Source of the DNA: a bacterium
Lineage (GTDB): Bacteria > Zhuqueibacterota > Zhuqueibacteria > Oceanimicrobiales > Oceanimicrobiaceae
DNA: 64,000 nt
Assembly: GCA_037446635.1 (NCBI GenBank)
Contig: JBBIIG010000016.1
Location: forward strand, 1-64,000
Direction: 5' to 3'
Position numbers and translations under genes: made by a program. The notes beneath the pieces were generated by a model. That model did not search any database. It worked only from the letters and a program-made list of their open reading frames with translations, and was not told the origin of the DNA. This document shows, piece after piece, positions 1 to 10,439 of the stretch. Each line of letters opens with the position of its first letter. Within the stretch, counting starts at the first letter, position 1.

Positions 1-25
1 GGTCTGCAGTGCAGACTAGTGGTCT

Positions 26-1357
26 TTAGATCTCGTCGGAGCTGGTGCTGTCCCTGGCGTCGGAGACGCGCACCACTCCCGAGCTGGATTGCAAATCGGG
101 CACCGTCCAGTTGTGGCTGCCGTCGTTGGCCGTGCTGCTAATGATGGTGCTCCAACTGCTGCCGCCATTGGTAGAAAACTCGATTTTAACGTTGGCGATG
201 GCGCCGGCGGAAGTCCACTGGATGGTGAAGGTTGAAGCGGCGCTCAGGGTTTCGCCGCCGTTGGGGGCGGTCACGGTGATGGAGGCCGGGGTTCCGCCGC
301 CGCTTCCTAAAACTTCATACCACACCACATCGTCGGCGTTGGAGAGGCCGGCCGCCACGTCTTCATCGCCGTCGCCGTCAAAATCGCCGACGCCGATGCC
401 GCGGCTTCGTCCCAGCCGCGAGTCAATTTCCACTTGCGTAAAATTTTGGTTGCCGTCGTTCAGCCACACCACGATGTTGCCGTTGTCGAACCCGGCCGCG
501 GCGATATCGGTATCGCCGTCGCCATCGATGTCGCCGCCTGATACCGCCCAGCATTCCCCAAAGCCGCTGGCGACAGTTTGCTCGCTGAAGCTGCCGCCGT
601 TGTTGCGCAGCCAATCCACGTCGCCGTTGTTGCGCTGGGTGCGCAGCACGTCTTTATCGCCGTCGCCATCCACGTCCACAGCGAACACCGCCCACGAGCC
701 ATTGGAGGCCAGGGTGCTCTTGCTGAAACTGCCGCCGCCATTGTTTTTCCACCACGAGCTTTGGTTGGAGCCGCTGGCGAGCAGATCCGTATCGCCGTCG
801 CGATCGAGATCGGCGGCGTGCACGGAATGCGCGCCGGGCATGTTCGATTCAAGAATGTGTTTTGTGAAATTGCGGTTGCCGCGGTTTTCATACCAGACGA
901 TCTGTTGGCTCTCCCACATCGCCACCGCGATATCAATATCCCCATCGCGATCGTAATCGGCGGCGTAAACCGACTCCGGATCCAGCCCCTGATCGTCGAG
1001 CAGATGGCGGGTGTATCCGCTGCCGGTTCGTTCGTACCAGACCACCTCGTCGGTGGTTGGCGACGACGCTACGAAATCGAGATCGCCGTCGCCGTCGATG
1101 TCTTCGGCATGAATCGACCAGGCGCCGCTGAGATTGCCGATGGTCTGCCCGGAAAAGTTCCCGCTGCCGTTGTTGCTGTACCAGCGCAAATTGCCGCCGG
1201 TGCCCGCTGCGGCAATATCATCTCCTCTAACATAAATCCAATAGACGCCATTCAAGCCGCCGTCAATGACGTGCTTTTCCACATTTAGTTGAGCGAAGGC
1301 CGAATTTAAAAGCGCAAGGCTCCATAATATGCAGATGCCAGCAAGTGCTTGTCTCAT
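26..1357 (-). CDS. Secreted FG-GAP/VCBS repeat beta-propeller protein followed by an Ig-like Ser/Thr-rich domain; probably 3'-truncated at the window start
   Basis: Signal peptide; repeated DxDGDGDxD motifs; 'ITVTAPNGGE...IEFSTNGGSSW' Ig-like module ending abruptly at SDEI*. Confidence 0.85.
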   Translation of the reverse strand: MRQALAGICILWSLALLNSAFAQLNVEKHVIDGGLNGVYWIYVRGDDIAAAGTGGNLRWYSNNGSGNFSGQTIGNLSGAWSIHAEDIDGDGDLDFVASSPTTDEVVWYERTGSGYTRHLLDDQGLDPESVYAADYDRDGDIDIAVAMWESQQIVWYENRGNRNFTKHILESNMPGAHSVHAADLDRDGDTDLLASGSNQSSWWKNNGGGSFSKSTLASNGSWAVFAVDVDGDGDKDVLRTQRNNGDVDWLRNNGGSFSEQTVASGFGECWAVSGGDIDGDGDTDIAAAGFDNGNIVVWLNDGNQNFTQVEIDSRLGRSRGIGVGDFDGDGDEDVAAGLSNADDVVWYEVLGSGGGTPASITVTAPNGGETLSAASTFTIQWTSAGAIANVKIEFSTNGGSSWSTIISSTANDGSHNWTVPDLQSSSGVVRVSDARDSTSSDEI

Positions 1358-1556
1358 TTTCCCCCCTGTCGTTACCTGAAAGTGAGTATCAAAAAAATTG
1401 GCGAGAATCGTTATCTTATTTGAAGTTTTTTCTAACTATTTTAGCAGCAATCGCCCCCCTTCGGCGAAGGGTTTTAAACATTTTGTGGACTGGAATAAGC
1501 GAACCTCTAAGTTGTAATTGAGATTAACATTTCAAACAATTTTTTCGGAGGGAGCG

Positions 1557-2456
1557 ATGCGTTGCTTCATCGTTTTATTTTTCATGGTGAGTCTAATTTT
1601 CAGCGGCTGTGTTCGTGAAAAGAACACGACCTCAGAGTTTGCCGAATTGGTGAAATCAGAGTACGCGTTTGCAGAGTTATCGGCCAAAAAGGGCATCAAG
1701 GAAGCGTTTGTAACTTATTTAGCTGACGATGCCATTGTATTTCGCCCGCGGCCGCTGAAGGGCAAACCGATTTATCAAGCGCGTCCGGTTACCGCTGCGC
1801 AATTAAAATGGTGGCCAATCTTCGCCAACATTTCCAGCGCCGGCGATCTGGGTTACACCACCGGTCCGTGGCAATTCAAGCGCGACAGCAGCGACGCCCA
1901 GCCCGCGGCTTTTGGCCACTTTGTCTCCGTTTGGAAAAAGCAGGCCGACGGCCTCTGGCGGGTGGTCATCGATGCCGGCGTTTCCCATCCGCGACCGGCA
2001 TCGAAAGCGGCGGGAATCGATCCCACAACTTTGCCGGCGATGAAAAGCGTTTCTACAGCGATGCTTGAAATGAGCGCCGCCGAATTGCTCGAGGCGGATC
2101 GGGCTTTGGCTGCGGCCGCGAGCGCAAACGGGTTTGCGCAGGCATTTCTTCAGCACGCCGCGGAAGGAGTGAGGTACTATCGCGAAGGCGCGTTTCCGAT
2201 AGTTGGCAAAGCAGCGGTTCAGTCCGTGTTAGCCGATTTCAGCGGCGGATTGAATTGGGCGCCGCTGGCGGGGGAGGTTTCGCGGTCTGGCGATCTGGGT
2301 TACACCTACGGCATCGCGCAGCATCAAGCGAACACCAACGGTGAGATTTCTGAATTGAGTTATTTGCACATCTGGAAGAAGAAATCGGGTGAACCGTGGC
2401 GGTTGCTGCTTGAAGTTATGACTCCGATTCCGCCGCAAACGTCAAACTCAAATTAA
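1557..2456 (+). CDS. Lipoprotein with two NTF2-like (DUF4440-type) domains
   Basis: Lipobox LIFSGC; two copies of 'SxxGDLGYTxG...WKK'; GGAG RBS before ATG 1557. Confidence 0.8.
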   Translation: MRCFIVLFFMVSLIFSGCVREKNTTSEFAELVKSEYAFAELSAKKGIKEAFVTYLADDAIVFRPRPLKGKPIYQARPVTAAQLKWWPIFANISSAGDLGYTTGPWQFKRDSSDAQPAAFGHFVSVWKKQADGLWRVVIDAGVSHPRPASKAAGIDPTTLPAMKSVSTAMLEMSAAELLEADRALAAAASANGFAQAFLQHAAEGVRYYREGAFPIVGKAAVQSVLADFSGGLNWAPLAGEVSRSGDLGYTYGIAQHQANTNGEISELSYLHIWKKKSGEPWRLLLEVMTPIPPQTSNSN

Positions 2457-2464
2457 AGATAACC

Positions 2465-2541
2465 AAAATCAAACTTCAAAATGCAAATTGCAAAAATCTA
2501 TGATCTTGAATTTTGAGGTTTGCACTTTGATTTTTCATTTT
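2465..2541. repeat. Degenerate ~7-bp tandem repeats arranged as an inverted pair (intergenic)
   Basis: aaaatca/aaaatgc/aaattgc units, then ttttgag/tttgcac/tttgatt complementary units. Confidence 0.5.
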
Positions 2542-2556
2542 AAAAAGGAGTGTGCG

Positions 2557-3501
2557 ATGGTTAAAAAAGAATCGAAAAGGCTAACCGCGCTGGCACTTGC
2601 GATGAGCCTCCTGATTTTTGCATCGTCTTTGATTGCTCAGCAAAAAAATTATACCCAGGAAGAAGCCAACGCTTTTTTGCAAGCGCAGGACTGGAAAAAT
2701 GCGAGCGCGGCGTTTGCCGCGCTGGTTAAACAGGATTCGAAAAACGGACTGGCGTGGCTGCAGTTGGGAATCTCGCGCCACCATTTGAAAAATTATGCAG
2801 ACGCGATCAAAGCCTATCAGGAAGCCGACAACCTGGGGTTTGCGCAGTGGCGGGCGCGCTACAACATCGCTTGTTCTTTTGCGCTGATGAACAACAAAGA
2901 CGCGGCTTTCGAGTGGTTGAAAAAAGCGCTCGCAGTTGGTTTCAGCCAAACCCAGCTTTTGGAGAGCGATGCCGATCTTGCCAGTTTGCGCGACGACGCC
3001 CGTTTCCAAAACGTGTTGGAGTTGACGGAGCGGAACTCCCGCCCGTGCGAGTACAGCGAAAAGCACCGCGAGTTTGATTTTTGGATCGGCGAGTGGGAGG
3101 TGTTCAATCCGCAGGGTCAGCAAATTGGTACGAATGTGATTCAGAAATTCATCAACGGCTGTGTGATTTACGAAAACTGGACGTCGGCGCGCAGCGGATA
3201 TTACGGCAAAAGCTTCAACTATTATGACCCGGCTGCCGGCAAATGGAAACAAAATTGGGTGGATTCGGCTGGCGGCATCGTTTGGTACGAAGGCGAAGTG
3301 AAAGACGGCGTCATGCACTTTAGCGGCGAAAACATCTCGATGGACGGCAGCAAACAATTGGCGCGGGTCACTTTCACCCCACTGCCGGACGGTCGAGTTC
3401 ATCACGTCATCGAGCAGTCCGCGGATGATGGCAAAACCTGGTCGGTTTATTTCGACGGCATGTATGTGAAGAAGAACGCCAGCAGTAGTTCGAACCCGTG
3501 A
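2557..3501 (+). CDS. Secreted TPR protein with C-terminal DUF1579-like beta domain
   Basis: Signal peptide; TPRs ending 'YNIACSFAL...DADLASLRDDARF'; 'HREFDFWIGEW' domain; AAGGAG RBS. Confidence 0.75.
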   Translation: MVKKESKRLTALALAMSLLIFASSLIAQQKNYTQEEANAFLQAQDWKNASAAFAALVKQDSKNGLAWLQLGISRHHLKNYADAIKAYQEADNLGFAQWRARYNIACSFALMNNKDAAFEWLKKALAVGFSQTQLLESDADLASLRDDARFQNVLELTERNSRPCEYSEKHREFDFWIGEWEVFNPQGQQIGTNVIQKFINGCVIYENWTSARSGYYGKSFNYYDPAAGKWKQNWVDSAGGIVWYEGEVKDGVMHFSGENISMDGSKQLARVTFTPLPDGRVHHVIEQSADDGKTWSVYFDGMYVKKNASSSSNP

Positions 3502-3686
3502 GCACACGACGGTCAAAAAATGAAGAATGCGGATTTGCCGAAAACATCGGATTCCGGACTGTCTAAAAGGGCGCCTAACATTGCCTGCCTGCAGCAGGTA
3601 GGCGCCGACATTTTTCTTTTTGAATAGCCTCCTACGTCGGCGATTTTTTAGTTGTTTATTTTCATCGCGTCTGCTATTTTAGCGCC

Positions 3687-5264
3687 ATGAACGAGCAGCC
3701 AAAGATCGCCCACGTTGGCGCAGGTTATTGGGGGAAAAATATTATCCGCAATCTTAATAGCCTGAACGTCCTGGCCGCCATTTGCGACGCCGACCCGGCG
3801 ACGGCGGACAAGTTTCAAAAAGTCTATCCCAAAATTCCCTGCACCACCGATTTCAAATCCATTCTGCGCAACTCGCAGATCACCGCCGTGGCCATCGCCA
3901 CGCCGGCATCGACGCATTTTCAACTGGCGAAGGAGGCGCTGCTGGCCGGTAAAGATGTGTTTGTGGAAAAGCCGCTTGCGCTGCAGCCCGATCAAGGCGA
4001 GGAGTTGGCAAAGCTTGCACATGACAACCAGCGCATTCTGATGGTAGGGCACATTTTGCGCTATCACCCCGCCGTCGAAAAAATCAAAGAGTTCATCGAC
4101 AGCGGCAAATTAGGCCGCGTGGCTTATGGCTACTCCAATCGCCTCAACCTCGGCAAGGTTCGCAAGGAAGAAAATATTTTGTGGAGTTTCGCGCCGCACG
4201 ATATTTCGGTGCTTATTTTTTTGCTCAACGGCCCGCCCGAAGACGTGCACGCTTCCGGTGAAATTATCCTGCAGCCCGGCGTTCATGATGTAACGCTCAC
4301 TGTAATGAAATGGCGCAGCGGGGTGATGGCGCACATTTACGTGAGCTGGCTGCATCCCTTCAAAGAGCATCGGCTGGTGGTGGTGGGCGACAAGGCGATG
4401 CTCGTTTTCGATGATACGAAAGAAAAAGATAAGCTGGCGCTCTACGACTGCGGCATCGATTTCATCAAAGGGGAAGCGGTGAAGCGCGACAAAGAAGCTG
4501 AGGTCATCGCCTTCGAACAGAAGGAGCCGCTGCGAGCTGAGTTGGAGCACTTTCTCGAATGTCTGCAAACCCGGCGCACTCCGAAAACCGACGCCCACGA
4601 AGCGCTGGCGGTGCTGCGGGTGCTGCACCAGGCCCAGCAATCTTTGGAAACGCGCGCTGAAATCAAAGCGACGACCCCGGCGAACGAGCCGAAAGAATAT
4701 TTTGCGCATCCGACGGCGATCATCGATGACGGCGCGGCGATCGGCAAGGGCAGCAAAATTTGGCATTTTTCTCACATCAGCGCCGGCGCGAAAATTGGCG
4801 AGCGCTGCAACCTCGGGCAAAACGTTTATGTGGCAAAAGGCGTGGTGATTGGCAACAACGTAAAAATTCAGAATAACGTTTCGGTTTATGAAGGCGTGAT
4901 ATTAGAAGACGACGTGTTCTGCGGCCCGTCGATGGTGTTCACCAATGTCAAAAATCCCCGCTCGGCCATTCCCCGCAACACGCCCAAAGACTATCTCCCA
5001 ACCCTGGTGAAACGGGGCGCGTCGTTGGGGGCGAACAGTACGATTGTTTGCGGCGTTACCATTGGCGAAAACGCCTTTGTGGCGGCCGGCGCGGTGGTCG
5101 CCAGCGACGTGCCGCCGCATGCTCTGGTGGCCGGCGTGCCGGCAAAACCAATTGGTTGGATGTGCAGTTGCGGTTTTCGACTGCGGGAAACGAAGAGCAA
5201 TCTGGCGTGTCCGGAGTGCGGGAAGAAATTTGTGGTGAAGGAGGAAAAGCTGGAATTGGCTTAA
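3687..5264 (+). CDS. Gfo/Idh/MocA oxidoreductase fused to a hexapeptide N-acetyltransferase (WbpD/WlbB-like)
   Basis: GAGYWG and VEKP motifs; C-terminal hexapeptide repeats, 'IWHFSHI', '[14 protein letters not shown]', Zn-ribbon CxC..CPEC. Confidence 0.85.
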   Translation: MNEQPKIAHVGAGYWGKNIIRNLNSLNVLAAICDADPATADKFQKVYPKIPCTTDFKSILRNSQITAVAIATPASTHFQLAKEALLAGKDVFVEKPLALQPDQGEELAKLAHDNQRILMVGHILRYHPAVEKIKEFIDSGKLGRVAYGYSNRLNLGKVRKEENILWSFAPHDISVLIFLLNGPPEDVHASGEIILQPGVHDVTLTVMKWRSGVMAHIYVSWLHPFKEHRLVVVGDKAMLVFDDTKEKDKLALYDCGIDFIKGEAVKRDKEAEVIAFEQKEPLRAELEHFLECLQTRRTPKTDAHEALAVLRVLHQAQQSLETRAEIKATTPANEPKEYFAHPTAIIDDGAAIGKGSKIWHFSHISAGAKIGERCNLGQNVYVAKGVVIGNNVKIQNNVSVYEGVILEDDVFCGPSMVFTNVKNPRSAIPRNTPKDYLPTLVKRGASLGANSTIVCGVTIGENAFVAAGAVVASDVPPHALVAGVPAKPIGWMCSCGFRLRETKSNLACPECGKKFVVKEEKLELA

Positions 5265-5306
5265 AGCCTCCTGCTGGACAAATTGCGTTTTTTTCGACAC
5301 ATTAAA

Positions 5307-6506
5307 CTACTCATACCGCAGCGCCTCAATCACGTTCGCGTTCGCGGCGCGTATGGCGGGATAGAGGCCTGCCAACACCCCAATGCCGGCGCAGATAAAA
5401 AAGCTGTTGACGATCCACAGCCACGGGAAAATTAACTGCTCGCCGATGTTGATGCGATTGAAAATTGTGCCGGCCAAAATGCCCAGCGCGCCGCCCAGCA
5501 GGCCCAGCATCACCGCTTCGGTGAGAAATTGCAGGATGATGTAAATCTTCTTGGCGCCGATGGCTCGCCGCACGCCGATTTCGCGTGTGCGTTCCGTCAC
5601 CGAAACCAGCATGATATTGGCGATGCCAATGCCGCCCACCACCAGCGACACCAGCGCGATAATAATGATGAAATTCGCGATTTCGGTATTGGTTTCCTGA
5701 ATGGTGGAGAGAAACAGATCTTGCCGCCGCACCTCAAAATCATTTTGCTGATCCGGGCGCAGGCGGTGGTTGCGCCGCAAAATGGTTTCGATGTCAAACA
5801 GGGCTTCGTCGTAGTCTTTGTTGGAGCGGATTTGTGCCATGATGCTCGTGAGATAATCCACGCCGAACATGCGCTCCTGCGCCGTGGTGAGCGGGATGAA
5901 CACCTGATCGTCCGGACTGCCCCAGCCCTCGCCCTTGGCGCCGAGAAGTCCAATGACCTCGAAGTGTTTGGAGTTGAGCAAAATGGTTTCGCCAATGGGA
6001 GATTCCTCGCCGAAAAGTTGTTTATGAACGTTGGCGCCCAACACCACGACTCGTGCGCGCTCGGCAACCTCGGTGTCGTTGAAAAACCGGCCTTCGATGG
6101 GGTGGTCATTATTGACGAACTGGCGTTCCGGCGTGGTGCCGACGATGCGGGCGTTCCAGTTTTTATCGCGATATTCCGCCACCGCGCCGGCGCCGTACTC
6201 GGGCACGGTCACCGTGATCACCGCAGAAGCCTGTTCGATTTCCTGGGCGTCCTTTAACGTCAAGTTCACTACGTTGGCCGCGGTTGAAACGCCGCGCCAG
6301 CGCGAAAATTCCGGCCGAATGGTGAGCACGTTCGAGCCCATTGCCTGCAGGCGATCGTTGATTCTTTTTTTGGTGATCTCGCCCAGCGTGACCACATACA
6401 GCACCGCGGCGATGCCCACCGCGATACCGATCAAAGTCAAAATCGAACGCAAGGGATTGGTTCTTAGGCTTTGCAGAGCAACCAGAATATTTTCGATAAT
6501 GATCAT
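5307..6506 (-). CDS. MacB/FtsX-family ABC transporter permease
   Basis: 'RSILTLIGIAVG', 'VGGIGIANIMLVSVTERTREIGVRRAIGA', ends ALRYE. Confidence 0.93.
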   Translation of the reverse strand: MIIIENILVALQSLRTNPLRSILTLIGIAVGIAAVLYVVTLGEITKKRINDRLQAMGSNVLTIRPEFSRWRGVSTAANVVNLTLKDAQEIEQASAVITVTVPEYGAGAVAEYRDKNWNARIVGTTPERQFVNNDHPIEGRFFNDTEVAERARVVVLGANVHKQLFGEESPIGETILLNSKHFEVIGLLGAKGEGWGSPDDQVFIPLTTAQERMFGVDYLTSIMAQIRSNKDYDEALFDIETILRRNHRLRPDQQNDFEVRRQDLFLSTIQETNTEIANFIIIIALVSLVVGGIGIANIMLVSVTERTREIGVRRAIGAKKIYIILQFLTEAVMLGLLGGALGILAGTIFNRINIGEQLIFPWLWIVNSFFICAGIGVLAGLYPAIRAANANVIEALRYE

Positions 6507-6533
6507 GGGTAATTTTTAACGCAGAAAATTTTT

Positions 6534-6602
6534 GGACGCGGATAGACGCTGATTATCGCTGATTTATTTTTTATCTGCGTTCACCTGCGGAAATCTGCGT
6601 CC
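6534..6602. repeat. REP-like imperfect inverted repeat built of ~9-bp units
   Basis: ggacgcggat...cgctgat / atctgcg...atctgcgtcc. Confidence 0.6.
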
Positions 6603-6610
6603 ATTTTAAA

Positions 6611-7813
6611 TTAACGCTGTTGTTGCCGTTGCGTTTGCTGAGATTGAGACTGACCACCGGTGACGCCGAAACTGGTGCGCTCACGAATCCTCTGCTCAAA
6701 GCGGTCGCTTTCGGTTTTGAGCCGGGAGGTCATGGGCACGCCGACAACATCTCCGGCTTTTAAACCCGAAATCACCTCCGCATCTTTAAAACTCATCAGC
6801 CCGATCTCAATCTCGTGGGGTTGAAAATTATTTCCCTGTTTTAGAAAAACCGTTCGTACCGCGGGTTTGCTGCGCGCTTGCGGCGGCTGCAGGGCAATGG
6901 TCGGCACCAGCAGCACATTCTCTTTATTCACGATGGAAATCTCAACGTTGGCGTTCATGCCGGATTTCAAAAGCCCTTCGGCGTTTTCAACTTCAATGAT
7001 GACATCGAATAGCGTGACGTTTTGCTCCACGCGCGCCTCCGGGGCCAGCCGCACAATTTTGCCTTTGAAGCGTTTTTGCGGATAGGCCTCGGCGATGACG
7101 ATGGCCTCCTGCCCCGGGCGAATTTTGCCGATATCGATTTCATCTATCCCGGCTTCAATATAAACGGCGTGCATGTCGGCGATATCCGCAATTGGAGTGC
7201 CGCCGCCGACGTTGTTGACGCCCGAGGCGATGATTTGTCCTTCCTCAACATACTTTTGCAAAATGATGCCATCGATGGGCGCGCGCACAATGGACTCGGC
7301 GAAGCTTTCCTGCGCGCGCTCCAACGCCGTCTGTGCTTGCAGCAGCTTGCCTTTGGCGGTTGCCAGCGAAAGCTCAATTTGCCCGATCTCTTCTTCCGAA
7401 ACCAGCCCTTTCGCAAAAAGCTGGTCGCGGCGATCGTAGGTGTGCTGCGCCTGTTTGAGCTCGGCTTCGGCGATGGCCAAATTCGCTTTCGCCTGTTCCA
7501 GTTCCGCGCGCTCGTCTTTTTGATCCAGCCGTGCAATCAAATCGCCCTTTTTCACAAAATCGCCAACCTCGATGGGCAGCTCCTCGATGCGGCCGCTGGC
7601 CTTGGATTTGATTTCAATGCGATTAATGGGTTTGACGCTGCCGCTGGCGGTGACGGTGATATCGAAGTTACCCGTTTGAACCGTCATCTCTTTATAAGGC
7701 ACGACGTCGGGTTTGGCGGCGTTGCCCGCGCCGTTGCGCATCGCAATAAAGCCCACGGTGGCGAGGACGATGACCAGCGCAGCTATGAGTAATTTCGTTT
7801 TTGACAACTTCAT
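6611..7813 (-). CDS. MacA-like efflux periplasmic adaptor (membrane fusion protein)
   Basis: N-terminal TM, biotinyl-like 'VGDFVKKGDLIARLD', helical hairpin, 'LKSGMNANV'. Confidence 0.9.
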   Translation of the reverse strand: MKLSKTKLLIAALVIVLATVGFIAMRNGAGNAAKPDVVPYKEMTVQTGNFDITVTASGSVKPINRIEIKSKASGRIEELPIEVGDFVKKGDLIARLDQKDERAELEQAKANLAIAEAELKQAQHTYDRRDQLFAKGLVSEEEIGQIELSLATAKGKLLQAQTALERAQESFAESIVRAPIDGIILQKYVEEGQIIASGVNNVGGGTPIADIADMHAVYIEAGIDEIDIGKIRPGQEAIVIAEAYPQKRFKGKIVRLAPEARVEQNVTLFDVIIEVENAEGLLKSGMNANVEISIVNKENVLLVPTIALQPPQARSKPAVRTVFLKQGNNFQPHEIEIGLMSFKDAEVISGLKAGDVVGVPMTSRLKTESDRFEQRIRERTSFGVTGGQSQSQQTQRQQQR

Positions 7814-7886
7814 TGATTGCCTCCAGAACTGTGTCGTCTAAACATACCCAAATTGCTTTTGAAAATCAAGCACAGTTTATTTCACT

Positions 7887-7926
7887 AAAAGGAAGGTGGG
7901 CAGGGACATTGAGTGCCCTGCCCATC
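7887..7926 (-). terminator. Probable intrinsic terminator after the Spy-like gene
   Basis: GAUGGGCAGGGCAC..GUCCCUGCCCACC stem followed by UUCCUUUU on the minus strand. Confidence 0.55.
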
Positions 7927-7982
7927 AGGAGGGTAAACTTAGTGGAACTTAGTTATTTAGTTATGCAACTTCTGCGCTTGAA

Positions 7983-8543
7983 TCAAAGCTCCAGGTCTTC
8001 GCTGAATTCCCCTTCCAACTCGAAATCAAAATCATCCGGACCAAAATCGCCGTTGTTGCCTTGAAGATGCTGGAACATTCGCTGGCGCGGGAATGGCCGA
8101 TCTTCGCCGCGGCGATTTTGCAATCGTTCTTTCTGAATGGTTTTCAGTGTCTCTTTTTGTTCCGGCGTCAGTATTTTTTGGACCGCCAGCCGGCCCTGCA
8201 CCCGATTCAGTCGCAGTTCGGTTTTGAGTTTGCCAATTTCTTCGATCTTGCCTTTCCCCTGGTTTTCATCCGGGTTATCGCCCTGCATCAAGTTGCGCAG
8301 TTCGAGTTCTGCGAGCTGGATTTTGGAACGCGTTTGAATCGCATTTTTTTCGCGGGCGAATCTTTGTTCTTTGATCTGACTGAGCTGTTGTTCGGTCAAC
8401 TTTAACTCGTCGGCTAACATTTCAATTCCAAACATTTGCCCGTGGTGCCGACTGAAACGTTTGTGCTCGAGGCCTCTCTGCGCGAAAACCGCAGAAGCCG
8501 CGAACATGAGAACTAGAAACGGGATAATGATTTTCGTTTTCAT
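7983..8543 (-). CDS. Spy/CpxP-family periplasmic protein
   Basis: Signal peptide; LTEQQ and ILTPEQ (LTxxQ) motifs. Confidence 0.85.
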   Translation of the reverse strand: MKTKIIIPFLVLMFAASAVFAQRGLEHKRFSRHHGQMFGIEMLADELKLTEQQLSQIKEQRFAREKNAIQTRSKIQLAELELRNLMQGDNPDENQGKGKIEEIGKLKTELRLNRVQGRLAVQKILTPEQKETLKTIQKERLQNRRGEDRPFPRQRMFQHLQGNNGDFGPDDFDFELEGEFSEDLEL

Positions 8544-8660
8544 AGTGATTCACTCCTTCATTTAAAGTTAAGGTGTCTGTTTTAAAATTCCATTTACCGT
8601 GAAGCGCAACGCAAACAGTTTTTTGGATTGGATGGTCTGCATACGTTTTCCGCTTTTTGC

Positions 8661-8692
8661 CAGTTAGACAACGGATGGCGGAGATTCATTCC
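8661..8692 (-). promoter_or_regulatory. ECF sigma-type promoter GGAAT-N16-TTGTCTAACTG upstream of the Spy-like gene
   Basis: Same motif and spacing as the copy upstream of the sigma gene (10440-10471). Confidence 0.8.
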
Positions 8693-8773
8693 CGGCATCA
8701 AAAAATTAAAAAACCACAGCAAACGAAATTGCGTGTGGTTTTTAAATTTTGAAGGCAAGAGCTAATGCATGTT

Positions 8774-9451
8774 CTATTCTGGCGGATCATCAAGAGGTGC
8801 GTTGAAGCGATCGCCGGGGAAAGGCGGGGGCTCATCGCGCAAAAGAAACCGGCGGCGGGTTCTCAACTCACGATACTTTTCCAGTTGCTCAGGCGTTAGT
8901 ACGGCTTCAATTTCTTTTTCGGTTTTTTCAAATTGGGTTCTCATTTCTTGATGAAATTCCCGGCGTTTTTTAAAAGAAATACGGCCGCGTCCCGGAAGAA
9001 TTTCATTGGCGAGCAAAATCTCTTCAATTTTTTTAGATTGACTTTCGCTCAAATCTAATTCTTCGGTGAGATGCCCGACCGTCACGGCGACGCGGAGACT
9101 GCGTCCTCGGGCGAGGCTTTCCTCCAACCGCGCGCGCTGCTCCTCGGTGAGCAGCGCATTTAGATCCGTGCGCAGAGAATCGTAAACCGCGAGAATTTCT
9201 TCCTGATGCTTTTCGTGAATGTTGGAGATCCGTTTGGAGTAATTGCCCAAAACCTCGTCGAGCTGCTGGCTTTGCTCCGGCGCCGGCCGAATCACCCCTT
9301 TCATAAAATTGAGAAAACGGTTCTCCGGCCGCATCAGCTCAAACTTGCGGGCGCGTTCCTCGCGCAACAGAGCGCTGCCCAGCGCGCCAATGGCGACGCC
9401 GATGAGCAAAGTTCCAATTAGAATAAAAGAAGTTTTTGTTTTCGTATTCAA
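8774..9451 (-). CDS. Membrane-anchored protein with duplicated LTxxQ (Spy/CpxP-like) helical repeats
   Basis: N-terminal TM; LLTEEQ and VLTPEQ motifs; in the ECF operon. Confidence 0.7.
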   Translation of the reverse strand: MNTKTKTSFILIGTLLIGVAIGALGSALLREERARKFELMRPENRFLNFMKGVIRPAPEQSQQLDEVLGNYSKRISNIHEKHQEEILAVYDSLRTDLNALLTEEQRARLEESLARGRSLRVAVTVGHLTEELDLSESQSKKIEEILLANEILPGRGRISFKKRREFHQEMRTQFEKTEKEIEAVLTPEQLEKYRELRTRRRFLLRDEPPPFPGDRFNAPLDDPPE

Positions 9452-9454
9452 AGT

Positions 9455-9868
9455 TTATTCCTCCAATTGCGTATCCAATTGCAGCGTGTCTTCAATGGTC
9501 ACTTGCGGCATTCCAAACAAAGTTGACAGCGATGGGGCCCGGCCGGTCAGCAGGGCGGAGGCGAACAACAAAATCACCGTCAGCGCGCCGGCCAGCGCAA
9601 TGCGCCGGAACATCCAAATGAGCGATTCGAAAAAGTCTTCCCGTTGCGCGGTTTCAGACTGAATGCGCTGCATGAGGCGTGCGGCAAAGAACGGCTTGAA
9701 CTTCCGCACGGCGCCGCTGGCGATCATTCCGCGCACGGCCTCAAGACTTTTTTTCTCTTCCCGCAATTCCGGCGAATTTTGCAGCGCGGTTTCCAATTCG
9801 GCGCGCTCGTTTTGGGAAAGGTCGCCATCAAACGAGCGGAGGAGTAAATTTAACCAATCTGATTTCAT
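9455..9868 (-). CDS. Putative anti-sigma factor
   Basis: Directly downstream of the ECF sigma with a 4-bp overlap; 'SFDGDLSQNERAELE' ASD-like region plus one TM helix. Confidence 0.75.
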   Translation of the reverse strand: MKSDWLNLLLRSFDGDLSQNERAELETALQNSPELREEKKSLEAVRGMIASGAVRKFKPFFAARLMQRIQSETAQREDFFESLIWMFRRIALAGALTVILLFASALLTGRAPSLSTLFGMPQVTIEDTLQLDTQLEE

Positions 9869-10413
9869 ACCGTCTCCTCTATGAAAGGCCTCAAATATTC
9901 CTGCAGTTTTTTTTGCGCCCGCGACAGTCGCGACAGCACGGTGCCGAGCGGAATATTCAGCGTGTGCGCCGTTTCTTCGGTGGAGTAGCCTTCGATGAGC
10001 CGCAGCACCACCACCGCGCGGAACTCCGGTTCTAATTTTTGCAGCGCTTGTTGCACCAGTTGCTGGCTCTCAAAAGAATCGGGCTTGTCATCCGCTTTGA
10101 TTTCCGCGAGAGATTTCTCGTCTTCCGATTTTGAAAAGAAAAACCGCCGGCGTTTTCGCCGCTTCAATTCGTTCAACGAAAGGTTGATGGCGATGCGCGT
10201 CAAATAGGTGCCCAGCGCAGCGTCGCCGCGAAAGCTATGCAGCGACTTGTAAAATCGCATGAAGACTTCCTGGCCGATGTCATCGGCGGTGTCCGTATTT
10301 CCCAACATGCCAGTCACCGTTGCTGCCACTTGCGGCTCGTATCTCTTCACCAACTCTGCAAATGCGTTGTGGTCGCCATCGCGGGCGCGCGCTATCAAAT
10401 CATGATCCGTCAA
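9865..10413 (-). CDS. ECF RNA polymerase sigma factor
   Basis: 'GDHNAFAELVKRY', 'DIGQEVF', 'YSTEETAHTLNIPLGTVLSRLSRA'; TTG start. Confidence 0.95.
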   Translation of the reverse strand: MTDHDLIARARDGDHNAFAELVKRYEPQVAATVTGMLGNTDTADDIGQEVFMRFYKSLHSFRGDAALGTYLTRIAINLSLNELKRRKRRRFFFSKSEDEKSLAEIKADDKPDSFESQQLVQQALQKLEPEFRAVVVLRLIEGYSTEETAHTLNIPLGTVLSRLSRAQKKLQEYLRPFIEETV

Positions 10414-10439
10414 GATCGCCTTTTCAAAATAGAGTCCGA

